A stretch of 64,000 nucleotides of DNA from Macrostomum lignano (Eukaryota): positions 135,996-199,995 of the forward strand of contig NIVC01000644.1 in the NCBI GenBank assembly GCA_002269645.1, written 5' to 3'. Below are positions 60,429 to 64,000 of this stretch, one piece after another (the stretch's first letter is position 1; each line of letters begins with the position of its first letter). The position numbers and the translations under genes are program-made. Under the pieces are notes generated by a model. It made no database searches. It was given only the letters and a program-made list of their open reading frames with translations, and was not told the origin of the DNA.

Positions 60429-62380
60429 TTCATATTTTTAAATAAAAAACAGTAAAAGACGACTCAAATGGTGGTTTGGAAGAAGCGACAGAGTTTTAGG
60501 CTCGTACACGTTTTTAGCCAGTCCGGCCCTTTCCTTGTGACGAAATAGAATGTTGCTTGTCTAAATTGAATGAAGTTTGTTTGCAAGCAGTAGCTTATAA
60601 CCATAGACCGAAACTAAAATTTAAGTTTGTGTCTAAACTGAATATTCACTGGCTAAGAACTTAAGCTGGTCTAATTTGAATGCAATTGGAACTGTGCTTC
60701 AAACCATAGTGTCTAAATAGAATATCGTCTTCTAAACAGAACTGTTGTTTTGTTGAAATTGAACGAGTAAAGGTGTAATCAACCTGGTATTCACGCTCTG
60801 TGAAATTACGAAATATAACGTTTTGACCGAAGTTACACCATAGACAATCGAAGCGTGCAACTATCGGCTTAGTAGGTAGACCCAAAAAACCCCTCCAAAA
60901 ATGATACAATAACGACATAGACAGATTATTTCACGGCAGCAATTGCTTTCCTAAGCTTCAGCCGCTACGCTACGCGGCTTCAGCTTACGCAATTGCTGGC
61001 GAAAAAATCAGTATATATCGTTACATTGTAATTATATCTTTACCAGACGCAATAATTACAAAATATTTTGGCCATTATTCCACAGTTTTGATGTGTACCA
61101 TAGACATTTGATTGAAAAAATCCATCGCACAGTATTTTTGTGAATAAATAATACAGAACAGCAAGGAGTAAATGAACAAAAAGGAAAAAAAATCATTAAA
61201 ACTAAAGTACCAGCTACACGAAAAGAGTTCATTATTAATGCCACACCTAGTGCAGTTTATCAGTTTGTAGTCGAAATTTGAAAATTTGAAAATCAATTTA
61301 TCACCCAAAGTGAAACATGCAGTTCTCAAAGCCGCAGTTCCCAAAGATGCTCGACACTTTAGCCTGATGATTTGGCACTCCAAAAGTAGTTGGTCTATTT
61401 TGAATGTTTTCTAAAAAAGAGAAATACGGGTGCTCAAGTATAGTTGCAAAAACTTACCATTTGAAAGATAAACGTCTTGGCTTGCAGTGACAGTTCTTCT
61501 GATGAGCTTCTTTGGTACCGCAGTATCCAAGCTGGGATTCTTTAGGACTGTCGGCTGCTCGACTAAATCGATTGGCCGCTTTGAGGCATCGTTTATAGCC
61601 GTCGAGGCGTTGAAGACTTGCATGGTCGCGTTTTCTTCCTAGGTAGCGCCGCACGGTTCGTTCAGTCGTTTAGATTTTTCCGATTAATAAGCGCGGCTGT
61701 TTGACGAGATGCACCAGCCATAGTTGTTTGACAAGTCAAAAAGCTTTTTCTCGCTCTATTCGCTTTTCTGATTTCTTGCAAGACGCAAGCGAAATCAGCA
61801 CTCATCACAGTGTGTCTATGGTCAAACTGAGACACATCTCAGTGGTCTATGGGTAAAACAACTCTTGAAACAGCCAATTGAAGCATGATAAAAGCGTGGA
61901 ATAATGACAGTGACAAAAGCGTGTAATAATGGCCGCAAAAGCGTGGAATAATGGATAAATAATCAGCGACGATTGTCTGGCGAGCGCCGGGTCACTTCTT
62001 TTTATTTTAGCGCGCGCCAAAAATTTGGGGCATGTCCCGAATGTGTCTACTTACAAAAAAGTTACAAAACAAAAAAGTTAATGTTAAGTTACTATTGATT
62101 TGAAGAATGATATTAAATGTTTTATAGGATAATTACTCGAAACTAATAACTACACTGTTGGTCTCACCGTTGACATTAATCCGCATCTTCTTTCTAGTAG
62201 GAATATCCGCATCTCGCTGCACCTAGTTTCAGCCACTGACTCCGTCGTGACCTTCTGCGAATTTCATTGCTGAGTCTAAAGCCTTTCTGCTTTCGGGAAC
62301 TCGACATCAGTCCATAAGCACGCATTGTTGCCGACCACGTTTCGCATGTGATATTGGAGCATTGAAAAAAAGTCCTTTAA

Positions 62381-64000
62381 CCTCTACGCGACGAACCAAA
62401 AAATGCGTCACACCCTTTGCCGACGGCTGGCTGGCACGATTTCGTGCCAAGTGCATGAGTGTCAGAATTTCTACCCCCGTTCCAGACGGCAGCTAGCTCC
62501 ACAAGTATACCCGTATGTAACAAAGCCGCTTAACCAAAAGATAATTTGTCTATGGCTGGGGACCAAATGCTATGGCTGCATGTCTTTCATTCATGAGAAA
62601 ACCTTACAGGGAAATATGGAAAGGGCACTATTTTCGGCCATAGATTTTTATTGAAATCACTGTCGTGCTCATAATAGTTCTGCCAAGGACCTGCTTCAGA
62701 AATACAGAAACAGTCTTATTATAAAATTGGATCCTCTGTCTACCCAAAGCACCAAGCATTTCGCTCCTGAGAATCATTACATGGCGTTAGACTTTGACGG
62801 AGACTCGGAGTGAGCTGGTTCACTGCTGATGATGAGTCAATTGACGGATCCAAAGTTGAAAATCCCCATAGTGACCAAGAAGAAGGGCAGGATGAGTCAC
62901 TTGTAGAGAAACATGGCATCTTGTTGAAGATGGCGCTGATGCCAGCCAGCACCTCTGCTGAGTTCCTCGGAGTACCAGGAGTCAGGCCCGATTTGCAGCT
63001 TCCTGAGATCGCCGACGGAAACGAGGTGATTTTATCAAGCTGTACGAGGGCTGAGCAAATAGTTTCAGATTTCAGAATCTGATTTTGTCAGATTTTGTCA
63101 GCCCTCTCAACTATGCACATCCGGAAACTTATTGCTCAGCCCTCGTATTTGACGGACGGGTTGATGGAGAACATCAAGAACTGGACAACACGCAAAGGTT
63201 TGGAAGACCTATGAGGATAACTTTGACGGTGGAGCAGTCGCCAAATTTTGTGCTGAACTGGAAGGACTGCACGGTTAATGAAGTAAGAAAATTGATCGGA
63301 ATTGTTTTGCTGATGGGACTGGACAAGAAGCCTGAAATATCGAGCTATTGGTCGCAAGATCCGGCTTATCACTGTGCATTTCTTGCTGAGCCTTGTTCTC
63401 TTCCTAGAGACAGGTTCAAGCAGATCTTGTCCTGTTTTCGCTTTTACGATTGCACTGAGGCTCTGCACGGGGGTCCCTTGGCTAAGACGCAGCCTTTTTC
63501 TGCAACAGGCTAAGCGCTGTGCAGCAACAACTATGCCTCGTCAGCGGCTCTCGATTGACGAAAGTCTCGTGCTGTACAAGGGAAGACTGTTGTTCAAGCA
63601 GTACATCCCAACGAAGAGCAGTAAGTACGGAATCAAGATGTACTGCCTTTGTGAGTCCGAACATGACCTACCTGTGGAATTTTGAAATCCATACATCAAC
63701 TGAAGCCAACCAATTGTTCGTGATGGACTGGGCTGTCAAAATTTGTCCATGAGTGAGAGAGTTGTGGCTGAGTTGTGCCGCAATTTGCTTTACCTAGGCT
63801 ACCATATTTTCACAGACAGTTGGTTCACTTCGCACAGACTTGCTACGTGGCTGCTGCAACGGAATGTTCTTCTCACTGACACAGTGCGCAAAAACCGCGG
63901 CATCCCAAACCTGCTGCAGGCTGTAAATCTGCAGCCAACTTCTTCCCATTGCACGCTCTGGAAATGTGCTTGCCTGCAAGTTTGTTGACAGGAAACAGAG
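62381..64000 (+). mobile_element. Decayed piggyBac element (PGBD-like DDD transposase pseudogene), runs off the window end
   Basis: WKDCTVNEVRKLIGIVLLMGL...YWS...RDRFKQILSCFRF; LSIDESLVLYKGRLLFKQYIPTKSSKYGIKMYCLCES; YHIFTDSWFTS...TVRKNR, split over three frames. TTAA followed by CCTC at 62377-62384 is a possible left end (uncertain). Confidence 0.85.

Overview
Animal genomic DNA, roughly half tandem repeat, with GC-rich coding exons in AT-rich or satellite-filled surroundings. The style suggests a repeat-rich invertebrate such as a Macrostomum-like flatworm (inference only). Recognisable genes are an intronless mago nashi (2124-2582), an intronless class A GPCR (- strand, 21956-23098) and a complete 4-exon SDHA (42726-47001) with a GC-AG intron filled by a 21-bp satellite. 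There are pseudogenic fragments of OSCP/ATP5PO, SDHA and a PAN/C-type-lectin-like protein. Mobile DNA includes an intact Ty1/copia LTR element (23130-27907; 287-bp LTRs that read identical, GTGTG target duplication, 29-nt half-tRNA-iMet primer site) inserted into the 5' end of the GPCR frame. Also present are a decayed piggyBac, mariner remnants and tRNA-derived SINEs. Best candidate for an undescribed system: the 145-147-bp array at 50.4-56.2 kb reads on the - strand as 39 tandem exon-intron units (63-nt phase-1 exon plus 82-84-nt GT-AG intron). These units complete a TATA-driven, signal-peptide-bearing secreted polyprotein of about 960 aa, made of MIVGGSESSLPPQF peptides separated by RKKNKKR basic cleavage sites. 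Most long ORFs in the supplied track are artefacts of stop-free repeats.
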